Origin: Elusimicrobia bacterium UBA6262
Lineage (GTDB): Bacteria; CAYTYR01; UBA6262
Direction: 5' to 3'
Assembly (NCBI GenBank): GCA_002441095.1
Contig: DJVG01000032.1
Span: forward strand, 59 to 64,058
DNA length: 64,000 bases
The position numbers and the translations under genes were made by a program. Positions within the stretch are counted from its first letter, which is position 1. The number at the start of each line of letters is the position of its first letter. Shown one piece after another: positions 47,533-56,234 of the stretch. The notes under the pieces are model-generated. The model was not told the DNA's origin. It did not search any database and was given only the letters and a program-made list of their open reading frames with translations.

Positions 47533-48159
47533 CTAACTATTAATGAGAGCGGCAAGATATTGGCTGATCCGCCGGTTGATGCTGGGAAATTCCCGGTTAT
47601 CCAGCCAATCAGGCCGAAAAACACTGGATCCAAAGGCCACGGCGCTGGCGCCATTAGCTAAATAGATCTTCAGGTTGGCAGGGGAAACACCGCTGCACGC
47701 CAGTAATTCAATATCTTTAAAAGGCCCCTTTAGTTCTTTGAAATATTCCGGCCCGAAGGTTTTGGCGGGAAAAACTTTGACCATGGTAGCGCCTGATCGC
47801 CAGGCACTGAATATTTCCTGCGGGGTTAAAGCCCCGGGGAATACCGGTATTTTATTAGTGACACAATATTGTACTATTTCAGGTATAAAAGTCGGCATGA
47901 CAATGAAAGTAGCGCCAGCCTGTAGAGCGGTTTGCAGGGTCTCCAGGTCAAGTACCGTACCGGCGCCGATAGTCAGACGGCCCGCTGATTTTTTTACAGC
48001 CTGGCGGATCAAATGCTCGGCATTTTTGGTATTCATGGCGATTTCAATAGTTTTTAAGCCACTATCGATCACGGTTTCCAGTAAAGGATCGATAATCTCC
48101 ATGCTTACGTCACGCATAATGCCCATGATCGGCTGTTGTTTAAATTTAGCCAGGTCCAT
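47533..48159 (-). CDS. eda: 2-dehydro-3-deoxyphosphogluconate / 4-hydroxy-2-oxoglutarate aldolase
   Basis: KDPG aldolase fold motifs (IMGIMRDV...IEIAMNT...GAGTVL...MPTF). Confidence 0.75.
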   Translation of the reverse strand: MDLAKFKQQPIMGIMRDVSMEIIDPLLETVIDSGLKTIEIAMNTKNAEHLIRQAVKKSAGRLTIGAGTVLDLETLQTALQAGATFIVMPTFIPEIVQYCVTNKIPVFPGALTPQEIFSAWRSGATMVKVFPAKTFGPEYFKELKGPFKDIELLACSGVSPANLKIYLANGASAVAFGSSVFRPDWLDNREFPSINRRISQYLAALINS

Positions 48160-48175
48160 TTATGCTCCTATTGTT

Positions 48176-49126
48176 CTATTCCTCGTCTGTACCAACCAGG
48201 CTTTCGTAAAATTCCCGGTAGTTTTCCTTTTTATCGCCATCACGCAAAGCCATGGCTGCCCGCGGATGTTCATCCAGGATCCCGGTGATCATGTAGGGAA
48301 TTATATAGCCCCATTCTATTTTTTCACGTAAAGGTATAAATTCCTTGGAGATCACATCCAGGATAGGCCGGATGTCAAACTTGGGATTCTTCAGGAAGCC
48401 CATAATCAGCTCAAGCGGACAATTGCCAGCCGCCCGGCCCAGGCCATAAATAGTCGCGTCTACATAATTAGCATCATGGATAATAGCTTCGATAGTGTTG
48501 CTAAAAGCTAATTGCTGATTGTTATGTGCGTGTATTCCTACTTCTTTGGTTTTCAGGATGCTCTTGGCTTTTTTGATCAGGAGCTCAGTCGTTTCCTGGT
48601 ACAAAGAGCCAAAACTGTCAACAATATATACCACCCGCGCTTTACTTTCCTTTTCCAGCTGTTGGAGCGCCTCGGTCAGCTCATTATCCAGGGCCCGGGA
48701 AATAGCCATAATATTCACGGTGGTCTCATAGCCTTTATCCGCGAAATGATTTACCAGGAAAATAGCTTTATCAATGTCTTTGACATAAGACGCTACCCTG
48801 ATCATCGCGACTGGGCTATCCTTGCGCGGTTTAACATCATCAATATCCACCCGATCCACATCCACCATCACCGAGATCTTGGTCTCTGATTCGATCCCGT
48901 CAATGACTTTCCTGATATCATCATCTTCGCAGAATTTCCACAGGCCGTAATCTTTTGAATTAAAAAGCCGTTTGGAATTCTTATACCCTATCTCCATATA
49001 ATCAACTTTGGCTTCAGATAATGCCTTGTACACTTCGCGCACAAAGCGATGGTCAAAATCATGATTATTGATCAAGCCCCCATCCCTGATGGTGCAATCT
49101 AATACTTTAATTTTATCTCTGAACAT
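48176..49126 (-). CDS. HMGL-like (DRE-TIM metallolyase / pyruvate carboxyltransferase) family aldolase
   Basis: Start at MFRDKIKVLDCTIRDGG (ATG 49126) with AGGAGGA SD. HMGL-like LDCT.RDG motif. Confidence 0.55.
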   Translation of the reverse strand: MFRDKIKVLDCTIRDGGLINNHDFDHRFVREVYKALSEAKVDYMEIGYKNSKRLFNSKDYGLWKFCEDDDIRKVIDGIESETKISVMVDVDRVDIDDVKPRKDSPVAMIRVASYVKDIDKAIFLVNHFADKGYETTVNIMAISRALDNELTEALQQLEKESKARVVYIVDSFGSLYQETTELLIKKAKSILKTKEVGIHAHNNQQLAFSNTIEAIIHDANYVDATIYGLGRAAGNCPLELIMGFLKNPKFDIRPILDVISKEFIPLREKIEWGYIIPYMITGILDEHPRAAMALRDGDKKENYREFYESLVGTDEE

Positions 49127-49140
49127 TAGTCCTCCTGAAA

Positions 49141-49300
49141 TATTAGTCTCGTCATTCGGATTACGGTGTCGAGGCCCGATTACAAACTTCGGTTGTCGGT
49201 TACGGTTTCGACGCCCGAACAAACCATAGATCTTATCGGGCTTCGTATCCGTCTACCGTACACCGATCTTCCATTCGGGTTTCGTAACCGTACATCGTTT
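49141..49300. repeat. GC-rich degenerate tandem repeats in the ABC / HMGL-like intergenic leader
   Basis: CGGATTACGGTGTCGAGGCCCGATTACAAAC / CGGTTACGGTTTCGACGCCCGAACAAACC / CGGGCTTCGTATCCGTCTACCGTACACCGATC / CGGGTTTCGTAACCGTACATCG. Confidence 0.5.
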
Positions 49301-49308
49301 ACCGAGTA

Positions 49309-51141
49309 TTACTTTATCATTCGTTTCTTCATCCGCCAGACGCTCCAGTAAAAGAGTCCAACGCTGGGGATGATAAGAAATAGCATATTAGTTATTGGCC
49401 GTTGCGGCACTGTGCCCATGACCAGGGCGCGGGACAACTCTACCGCGTGAGTCAGGGGAAAGGTCCCGGAAAGGGCCTGCAACCAGCCCGGGGACTGGTT
49501 CAACGGGAAGAAAATACCGGAAAAAAAGAACAGCGGCGTGATGACCAGCTCCAGAAAATAACTGAAATAATCAAAATTCGGAGCCCAGGCGGTAATCAGC
49601 ATGGCGAAACTGGCAAAATGAAAACCAACCAGGAAAATCAAGAGCGGGATTAAAAATGACCACCAGGAATGGATCAAGCCGAATGCAGCGATCACCACAA
49701 ACATCATGATACCGCTGAGCATAGCCTTAGTAGCACCCCAGACAATGTCACCGGCAACTACATCTTCAATATTTACCGGAGTGACAATTATAGCATCATA
49801 TGTTTTCAAGTGTATCATTTTTAAAAAACTTTCAAAGGTACACTCATAGACTGCGGCAAACATCGCCGATGAGACAATGATACCGGGGGCCAGGAACTGG
49901 ACATAAGAGACCCCCGCAATTTGCCCTAAAAACGCACCCAGGCCAAAACCCATGGCCAGCAGATATAAGATCGGGTCGCCCAGGTTCCCCACCAGGTTCA
50001 CGTAAAAAAACTTCAGGAATGAAATATAGTTCCGGTACCAGACCTTGGTCCAGCGATACGATACCTTAATCAATCCTTTGACTTCCCGGCTTAATGGTTC
50101 GGCTTTACTCACCATTCTGAACCTGTTAATGGCAGGCCGGAGTGCGCTCAGGATAAAATCATGGATACTTTTCAATACTGAGCGGCGTCTCTTTTCTTGC
50201 TTCGAAGAGCGTATTTCGACACCGTCGAATGTATCAACAAGATCCCTTCCCGTAAGTTTCAAAAACACATCTTCCAGTGTCGCGGGGCGACGTAATATAT
50301 GTTTGTATCCTTGATCTGCGAGATGATTAAGCAGCAGCCGGCAGTCCTGGCAGTAAAGGTAGCATTTTTGGCTGGTCTCTTCCAGAGTTACCTGGAATCC
50401 GGAAGAATCCTGCTTGAGTTTATCCACTGTCGAATCTAGCAGCCTGACTTCCACTACTTCCTCTCCAATATGCTCCCGGATAAGATCTTTGGGTTTGCCT
50501 ACCACCATGATCCTGCCTTTATCCATCACCGCTATGCGGTCGCATAATTCCATAGCTTCATCCATATAATGAGTAGTAATGATCATGCTGACATTCTGGT
50601 TCTTTAATTCGTGCAGCCGGTCCCAGATCAAATGCCGGGCCTGCGGGTCAAGTCCTACGGTTGGCTCATCAAGAATGAGCAATTTAGGATCATTGATCAG
50701 GCCGCGGGCGATCATGAGGCGGCGCTTCATGCCGGAAGAAAGCTCATTAATTTTCACTTTCTCTTTTCCCGTCAACTGGACGAACGCCAGCAGTTCCTTG
50801 GCGCGCTTACTGGCAATGGCTTTAGGTATATCAAAATAATTAGCATACATGGTCAAGTTGGTAAAAACATTCAGGTCCTCATCCAGATTGTTATCCTGGG
50901 GGACCACTCCCAGGGTCGCCTTGGCCAGTTCCGGCTGGACACCGGGATCCTTGCCTAACACCTGCAACTCGCCGCTGGTGCGCGGCACAAAACAATAGAT
51001 CATTTTCATCGTGGTGGTCTTGCCGGCTCCGTTAGGACCGATAAAACCAAAACATTCTTTTTCCTGCACTTCAAAGTCAATACCGTTGACCGCAACCATA
51101 TCCTTATATTTTTTTACTAAATTATTCGCTACAACTACCAT
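49309..51141 (-). CDS. ABC transporter, fused ATP-binding and ABC-2-type permease domains
   Basis: Walker A GPNGAGKTTT, signature LSSGMKRRL, Walker B LLILDEPT; C-terminal six-TM ABC-2 permease. Confidence 0.8.
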   Translation of the reverse strand: MVVVANNLVKKYKDMVAVNGIDFEVQEKECFGFIGPNGAGKTTTMKMIYCFVPRTSGELQVLGKDPGVQPELAKATLGVVPQDNNLDEDLNVFTNLTMYANYFDIPKAIASKRAKELLAFVQLTGKEKVKINELSSGMKRRLMIARGLINDPKLLILDEPTVGLDPQARHLIWDRLHELKNQNVSMIITTHYMDEAMELCDRIAVMDKGRIMVVGKPKDLIREHIGEEVVEVRLLDSTVDKLKQDSSGFQVTLEETSQKCYLYCQDCRLLLNHLADQGYKHILRRPATLEDVFLKLTGRDLVDTFDGVEIRSSKQEKRRRSVLKSIHDFILSALRPAINRFRMVSKAEPLSREVKGLIKVSYRWTKVWYRNYISFLKFFYVNLVGNLGDPILYLLAMGFGLGAFLGQIAGVSYVQFLAPGIIVSSAMFAAVYECTFESFLKMIHLKTYDAIIVTPVNIEDVVAGDIVWGATKAMLSGIMMFVVIAAFGLIHSWWSFLIPLLIFLVGFHFASFAMLITAWAPNFDYFSYFLELVITPLFFFSGIFFPLNQSPGWLQALSGTFPLTHAVELSRALVMGTVPQRPITNMLFLIIPSVGLFYWSVWRMKKRMIK

Positions 51142-51155
51142 TTTCCCTCTGCCTC

Positions 51156-51181
51156 TCTACACCTCTACACCTTTACACCTG
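51156..51181. repeat. Tandem YTACACCT octamers immediately upstream of the ABC transporter start codon
   Basis: CTCTACACCTCTACACCTTTACACCTG. On the coding strand this reads AGGTGTAAAGGTGTAGAGGTGTAGAGAGGCAGAGGGAAAATG. Confidence 0.6.
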
Positions 51182-51184
51182 CTT

Positions 51185-52093
51185 TTAAAACGTTATATAA
51201 TATTTATCAATCAGGAACACCGGGCTATAAGACATCTTACTGGCCCTTAAACCAAGCTCTCCCAAGTCTTCTTCACGGTTAATATATTTATAATCTTTAG
51301 CTTCATGGGCCGCGAATTCCTGGTTGATAACCGCTGGTAATTCCTTATAATCAGCATCTGCTTTTTCGAAGTGCACTACAAAAGTATTTTTATTCAGCGG
51401 TTCCCCGATACTGAAAGCCACGATCTGTTTGTCTATATCAATTATCCCGCCGCAAAGGCCTAATTTTTTAAAATTATCCAAGGCCTCTTTGCAGGCTTCT
51501 ATTTCGCTGCGCAGGGACAGCGAGCATTCCCAGTAGTCGCAATGCTGATGGTACCATTTCTCCAGCAGATCCTTGCAGCCGTTGATATGTTTGGAATCAA
51601 GAGGCTGGTAGGTATATTCATATTTCTTTTTAAACCGGCTGATATGATTTCTTTTGCCGTCGTATTTTTTACCTTTCAGCGTGATCAGGTCGCTGGCATT
51701 GTAGATATAATCGCTGGCATCGCGATCAATGGCAATAGGCGCAGTCGGATAATAAAGCTTGAATAGTTGCAGCTGGTCCTCAGGGAAGAGCCCGAAACGC
51801 ACTTCTTTCCATTGGCTGCGCGCATAATTCAGGCAGGCATCCAATGATTCCTTAAGACGAATACCGCCGATGAATGGCGTAAATATCTTGTGACCGTGTG
51901 TATCTACCAGCTGGATGACAATGTTTTCATACAGCAGGGCGATTTTAATATCAAAAATATGCCGCCAGGTAAAAATATTGGCAAAGGTATATTCAGAGAT
52001 ACGCGGCTGTATTTGACGGAAATAATCATCAAACAAACGTTTATCATCTAATTTAATTTCCCGGAAATTGGGGAATACAGGTATTGGTTCCAT
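51185..52093 (-). CDS. DUF2156-like protein (phosphatidylglycerol lysyltransferase C-terminal domain-like)
   Basis: FTWRH, KGKKYDGKRNHISRFKK motifs recalled as DUF2156/LPG-synthase C-terminal-like. Unverified. Confidence 0.4.
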   Translation of the reverse strand: MEPIPVFPNFREIKLDDKRLFDDYFRQIQPRISEYTFANIFTWRHIFDIKIALLYENIVIQLVDTHGHKIFTPFIGGIRLKESLDACLNYARSQWKEVRFGLFPEDQLQLFKLYYPTAPIAIDRDASDYIYNASDLITLKGKKYDGKRNHISRFKKKYEYTYQPLDSKHINGCKDLLEKWYHQHCDYWECSLSLRSEIEACKEALDNFKKLGLCGGIIDIDKQIVAFSIGEPLNKNTFVVHFEKADADYKELPAVINQEFAAHEAKDYKYINREEDLGELGLRASKMSYSPVFLIDKYYITF

Positions 52094-52115
52094 GCTTTTT
52101 CCTCCAGGGGAACAG

Positions 52116-52230
52116 GGTATCAGTAAATCAGGATATCAGGAAGAAGAGTATCAGGTTACCAGAAGATCAGGTATTGCCTGATATCCTGTTATCCTGATAA
52201 CCACTACCTGATTACCTGATATTCTGATCT
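52116..52230. repeat. TATCAGG/CCTGATA heptamer array element, copy A (between korB stop and the DUF2156 gene start)
   Basis: GGAACAGGGTATCAG..AATCAGGATATCAGG..GTATCAGG..AGATCAGG then CCTGATATCCTGTTATCCTGATAACC..CCTGATTACCTGATAT: about five direct heptamers followed by about five inverted heptamers. Confidence 0.7.
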
Positions 52231-52242
52231 CCGGTTTTACTA

Positions 52243-53115
52243 TCAACAAAACTCTTCTAAAACCTGAGCTATCTTAGAAACATCCACGGGTTGTTTCACT
52301 AAGGGGCCGTTCTTCAGAACAGGTATTTGCTCTTCATACACTGGCCGCAGATTAAGATAGAGCAATCCGAGCGGGATATGATCACCCCATTCATTGGCTT
52401 TTTCCATGGCCTTGGCCTTATCTTTAGGATTATAATCATCCGGCAGTTTATAAGCCCGCTGGCGATACCATTGGTAGGTATTTATCTTATTGAAACTCAC
52501 GCAAGGCTGCAGCACATCGATCAGGCTTAATCCTTGATGCTGTATCCCTTGTTTGATCAAATTCTTTAACTGCTCTGGCTCCCCGACAAAGCCCCGGGCA
52601 ACAAAACTGGCATTCAGGGCAATAGCTACGGCCAGCGGATTGAAGGCCGGCACTGGCACGCCATGTGCCTGGATCTTGGTAACCACTCCCTGGTCCGTGG
52701 TCGGAGAAGCCTGCCCTTTGGTCAAGCCATAGATCTGGTTATTATGCACGATCAGTGTAATATCCGGATTCCGCCGGATAGCATGAATAAAATGATTTCC
52801 GCCTTCTCCATAGGTACCGCCATCGCCATCGGTAATAATTACTTTTATTTCATGGTTAACCAGTTTAGCGGCAATAGCCGGGGGGATAGCCCGTCCATGC
52901 AGGCCATTAAATATGTGGCCCCGGATATAGTGCGGCAGTTTGCTGGCCTGGCCGATGCCCGACACAAATAATATCTGTTGCGGTTCCAGGTTCAATTCCA
53001 CCACTGCTTTTTGCAGGGCTATCAGTATGCCGAAATTGCCGCATCCCGGACACCAGGCAGATTCTTCACCAATAAAATCTTTAACGGTCACCATACACAT
53101 GAACCTCCTTTTCAA
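52243..53115 (-). CDS. korB: 2-oxoacid:ferredoxin oxidoreductase beta subunit (TPP-binding, KorB/PorB-like)
   Basis: CPGCGNFGIL and TPP-binding GDGG motif. Likely true start at the MVTVKDFI ATG (about 53094). Confidence 0.85.
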   Translation of the reverse strand: MKRRFMCMVTVKDFIGEESAWCPGCGNFGILIALQKAVVELNLEPQQILFVSGIGQASKLPHYIRGHIFNGLHGRAIPPAIAAKLVNHEIKVIITDGDGGTYGEGGNHFIHAIRRNPDITLIVHNNQIYGLTKGQASPTTDQGVVTKIQAHGVPVPAFNPLAVAIALNASFVARGFVGEPEQLKNLIKQGIQHQGLSLIDVLQPCVSFNKINTYQWYRQRAYKLPDDYNPKDKAKAMEKANEWGDHIPLGLLYLNLRPVYEEQIPVLKNGPLVKQPVDVSKIAQVLEEFC

Positions 53116-54808
53116 GTCGATCCACGATCAATTGCGGGTAAAAAGGCTGTCCATTAAAGCGCAGTATTTTATGCGTCGGCAAAATACCGGTCTGGCCAGT
53201 GATAATCCGCATGAATTGGGCCGTGGCATTATTCTCCACTGCCACGATATTATCGTACTGTGACAGTTCGCGACCCAGATATTCTACCGGTAATGGCCAA
53301 AGTTCATTAAAATGCAGCATAACCACTTTTTTGTTCTTGGCATTGAGCATATCCACGGCCTCTTTCATCGCCCCATATGTAGAGCCCCAGCCAATAAGAA
53401 CGGTTTTAGAGGCGCTATCACCATATTTTATTGGCAGGGATATTTCTTCGCGCATATATTTATATTTAGCCAGCCGTTTCTTAACGATCTCTTCACGCCA
53501 GGACAGATCTTCAGTGATGTGTCCCCTGCTGTCATGTTCATCACTATCAGCAATGACCAGATGACGGCTGGCGCCGGGAATGGTCCGCGGCGATATTCCA
53601 GTCTCGCTGAGATCATACCGCCGGTATTCTTGCATACCTGCTAAGGTTTGCGCAGCCAGCAAATATCGTTCGATCTTTATTTTTTCCGGGTCAAATTTCG
53701 CCAAGGTCCAGCCTGAATCCGCCAAGTGCTGGTCACTCATAATTATGGAAAGCACTTGATATTTATCCGCCAGGTTAAAAGCTTTCTGGGTCAGATAAAA
53801 CGCGTCTTCCGGGGTCCGCGGGGCGAAAATAAATCGGGGAAATTCTCCTTGCCCGGCAAAAAGAGCGAATTCCAGATCTCCCTGCTCGGTACGCGTCGGC
53901 AATCCGGTGCTGGGGCCAGGCCTTTGGGCCAGAACCAACACTACCGGGACCTCGATACAGCCGATCAAACTGACGCCTTCGGTCATCAGGCAGAAACCTC
54001 CGCCACTGGTTGCGGTCATGGCCCGGACCCCGGCATACGCCGCCCCGGCCACCAGATTAATGGCCGCTATCTCATCTTCTGCCTGTTCAACTACAAGACC
54101 AAACTCATCCGACTTACCGGCAAGATAATTAAGTATCCCGGTCGATGGGGTCATGGGATAACCGCTATAGAATTTCATCCCGCTGGCAATGGCTCCTAAG
54201 CCGATAGCCTCGCTCCCGTTAATATACATCTTGCCAGATGTTGTTCCGGCTTGAATAGTAACTTTGCTTTTTAAGTTTTTAGTCACTTCATAACCAGCCT
54301 TGGCGCATTGTAAGTTCGTCTCAATTATTTTAGGGTCTTTCTTGGCAAATGCTTCCTGCAATAACCCGGCCAGCAGTCCTAAGTCAAAATTCAGCAAACC
54401 ACAACAGGCTCCGACAGCTACCGTATTCGCAAAAATGGTATTGCCCCCAATAGTGGTAGCGATCTTGTCCCAGGAGATACTCACCAGTCTTTTATCTTCC
54501 CTGGAGAGATGAATACTTTCCCCATCATAAAAGATAAATGCCTCTGGCTCCAGTTCCAGCCAATGGATATCGATCGTTTCCTGGTCCAGGGCGATCAAGA
54601 GATCGATCTTGGGTTTCTGCGCGCACAGAGGACGATCGCTGATCCGGATCATGAAAAAGTTATGCCCGCCGCGAACACGCGACATATAGTCCTGGCTGGT
54701 GAACACTTCATATCCACCGCGCAAAAAGAGCTTGCTCAGGGCATCACTGATGGTCTGCAGTCCCTGGCCAGCTTTTCCGCCAATAACAATGTTGTAATCT
54801 AAATTCAT
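53081..54808 (-). CDS. korA: 2-oxoacid:ferredoxin oxidoreductase alpha subunit with fused gamma-like N-terminal domain (KorA-like)
   Basis: N-terminal MNLDYNIVIGGKAGQGLQT (gamma-like) followed by the alpha domain; 575 aa. Confidence 0.85.
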   Translation of the reverse strand: MNLDYNIVIGGKAGQGLQTISDALSKLFLRGGYEVFTSQDYMSRVRGGHNFFMIRISDRPLCAQKPKIDLLIALDQETIDIHWLELEPEAFIFYDGESIHLSREDKRLVSISWDKIATTIGGNTIFANTVAVGACCGLLNFDLGLLAGLLQEAFAKKDPKIIETNLQCAKAGYEVTKNLKSKVTIQAGTTSGKMYINGSEAIGLGAIASGMKFYSGYPMTPSTGILNYLAGKSDEFGLVVEQAEDEIAAINLVAGAAYAGVRAMTATSGGGFCLMTEGVSLIGCIEVPVVLVLAQRPGPSTGLPTRTEQGDLEFALFAGQGEFPRFIFAPRTPEDAFYLTQKAFNLADKYQVLSIIMSDQHLADSGWTLAKFDPEKIKIERYLLAAQTLAGMQEYRRYDLSETGISPRTIPGASRHLVIADSDEHDSRGHITEDLSWREEIVKKRLAKYKYMREEISLPIKYGDSASKTVLIGWGSTYGAMKEAVDMLNAKNKKVVMLHFNELWPLPVEYLGRELSQYDNIVAVENNATAQFMRIITGQTGILPTHKILRFNGQPFYPQLIVDRLEKEVHVYGDR

Positions 54809-54845
54809 TGATTTGTATCCTTATCTGTGCTAAAAACAGTTAGTC

Positions 54846-54986
54846 AGTGGAACAGTTAGGTCTAAAACGGTTATCAGTTTATCAGGGTATCAGGTGGTGG
54901 TTATCAGGTTAACAGGGAATCAGGAATTTCCTGCTATCCTGATGTCCTGATATCCACTTCCTGGTCTCCTGATTACCTGATATCCT
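54846..54986. repeat. TATCAGG/CCTGATA heptamer array element, copy B (divergent region between korA and the AAA ATPase gene)
   Basis: GGAACAGTTAGG..TTATCAGTTTATCAGGGTATCAGG..TTATCAGG..AATCAGG then CCTGCTATCCTGATGTCCTGATATCC..CCTGATTACCTGATAT. Shares ACCTGATTACCTGATAT and the GGAACAG start with copy A, in the same orientation. Confidence 0.7.
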
Positions 54987-55028
54987 TTACTGGCAACTGT
55001 AATTTCTCTTACTTAACTAGGAGGCTAA

Positions 55029-56126
55029 ATGATCAAGCCTAATCCTTTTACGCCGCAATCTGGCTGGGAACCAAAATTTTTCGGGGGTCGCGAAGACCAG
55101 TCCCAGCATTTCCTGAAAACCATGGAAGAAGCGGCAACCAGCCGGTCCAATCACATGGTCATTATCGGCCAGTGGGGCAGCGGCAAAACCAGCCTGCTTA
55201 AACAATTTAAAAAAATTACCCAGGAACAGGGTTATTTAGCCAGCTTTTGCCCGATCAGCCAGGTAAAAGAACGCGCTTCTTCTACCGCGGCAGTTAATCT
55301 TATTATGCAGGAAATAATGAACGGCTTTCCTAAAACGGTTAAAGAAACAAAAACCGCTAAACAAAAATTGCAGCCCCAGGTATTGTTTACCCAGTTTTTA
55401 CTGGAATTATGGCCGCAGCTAAATAACAGGCTCGCAGTCGTATTGCTGGATGACGTACAAAACCTGGCCAGTGTTTCTGTAGTCATTGACCTGTTGCGCG
55501 CAGTCCTGAGCAAAGAAGAAGTAATTACGCAGACCAGGTATTTATTTGTGCTAGCCTCTACAAACGACGGCTGGGAGAATTTTATCAATAAACATGACCC
55601 GGTTGGGCGTTTCTTCCGCCGCCGGGAAATGATCGGCAATTTAACTCCGGATGAGGCACAGGCAGTGATCACCAGCACTCTGCAGGATACCGGTGTATCC
55701 TTTGATCAGGCCATCATCAAAGAAATATACCGTTATACCCAGGGACATCCCTATGAATTGCAATTATTGGCCAGCCACCTTTTCGCGGCCCAACTACAGG
55801 GAAGAGTAACGATGAACGAATGGCTGCCGGCATTTAAAAATACAGTACGGGAACTGGGCAAAGATTATTTTCAGAGCTTGTTCGAACGAGCAAGTGACAG
55901 GGAAAAAGAAGTATTGTTAGTACTGGCAGAGGCTAAAGCAGCATTACCGCAAAGTGAGATTAGAAGGATAATGATCGTGGAAAAGCATGCTAAAAACTTC
56001 CCTGTAGCCAATATAAAAAACTTCCTGTACCGCTTACATGACAAAGGGCTGGTTAAACGCCAGGATGACGGCAACTTCCAGATACTCGACCCCATTTTTG
56101 GGGAATACGTTAAGAGCAATATCTAA
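55029..56126 (+). CDS. AAA+ ATPase (archaeal-ATPase/DUF234-like) with C-terminal winged-helix
   Basis: Walker A GQWGSGKTSL, Walker B VVLLDDVQ; C-terminal wHTH-like LYRLHDKGLVKRQDDGNFQILDPIF. AGGAGG SD 4 nt before ATG. Confidence 0.6.
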   Translation: MIKPNPFTPQSGWEPKFFGGREDQSQHFLKTMEEAATSRSNHMVIIGQWGSGKTSLLKQFKKITQEQGYLASFCPISQVKERASSTAAVNLIMQEIMNGFPKTVKETKTAKQKLQPQVLFTQFLLELWPQLNNRLAVVLLDDVQNLASVSVVIDLLRAVLSKEEVITQTRYLFVLASTNDGWENFINKHDPVGRFFRRREMIGNLTPDEAQAVITSTLQDTGVSFDQAIIKEIYRYTQGHPYELQLLASHLFAAQLQGRVTMNEWLPAFKNTVRELGKDYFQSLFERASDREKEVLLVLAEAKAALPQSEIRRIMIVEKHAKNFPVANIKNFLYRLHDKGLVKRQDDGNFQILDPIFGEYVKSNI

Positions 56127-56232
56127 ACTCTAATATCTAAATACTAAACAATATAAAATTTCTAAACGTTTGAAAATTGGAACTTAGTGCTTTGGATTTG
56201 TTTAGAATTTAGTGCTTCGTATTTCGAATTTA
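56127..56232. repeat. AT-rich dispersed element, copy 2 (between the convergent AAA ATPase and GalT-like genes)
   Basis: ctCTAATATCTAAatactaaacaatataaAATTTCTAAACgTTTGAAAATTGGaact..gATTTGTTTAGAATTTAGtgc. Confidence 0.55.
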
Positions 56233-56234
56233 TC

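Noticed and set aside
52116-54986. CRISPR array or IS element with terminal inverted repeats formed by the TATCAGG/CCTGATA elements
   Set aside because: Repeat units are 7 bp with irregular spacing and there are no uniform spacers. No cas genes, transposase or integrase lie between or near the two copies. The enclosed genes are a housekeeping kor operon.
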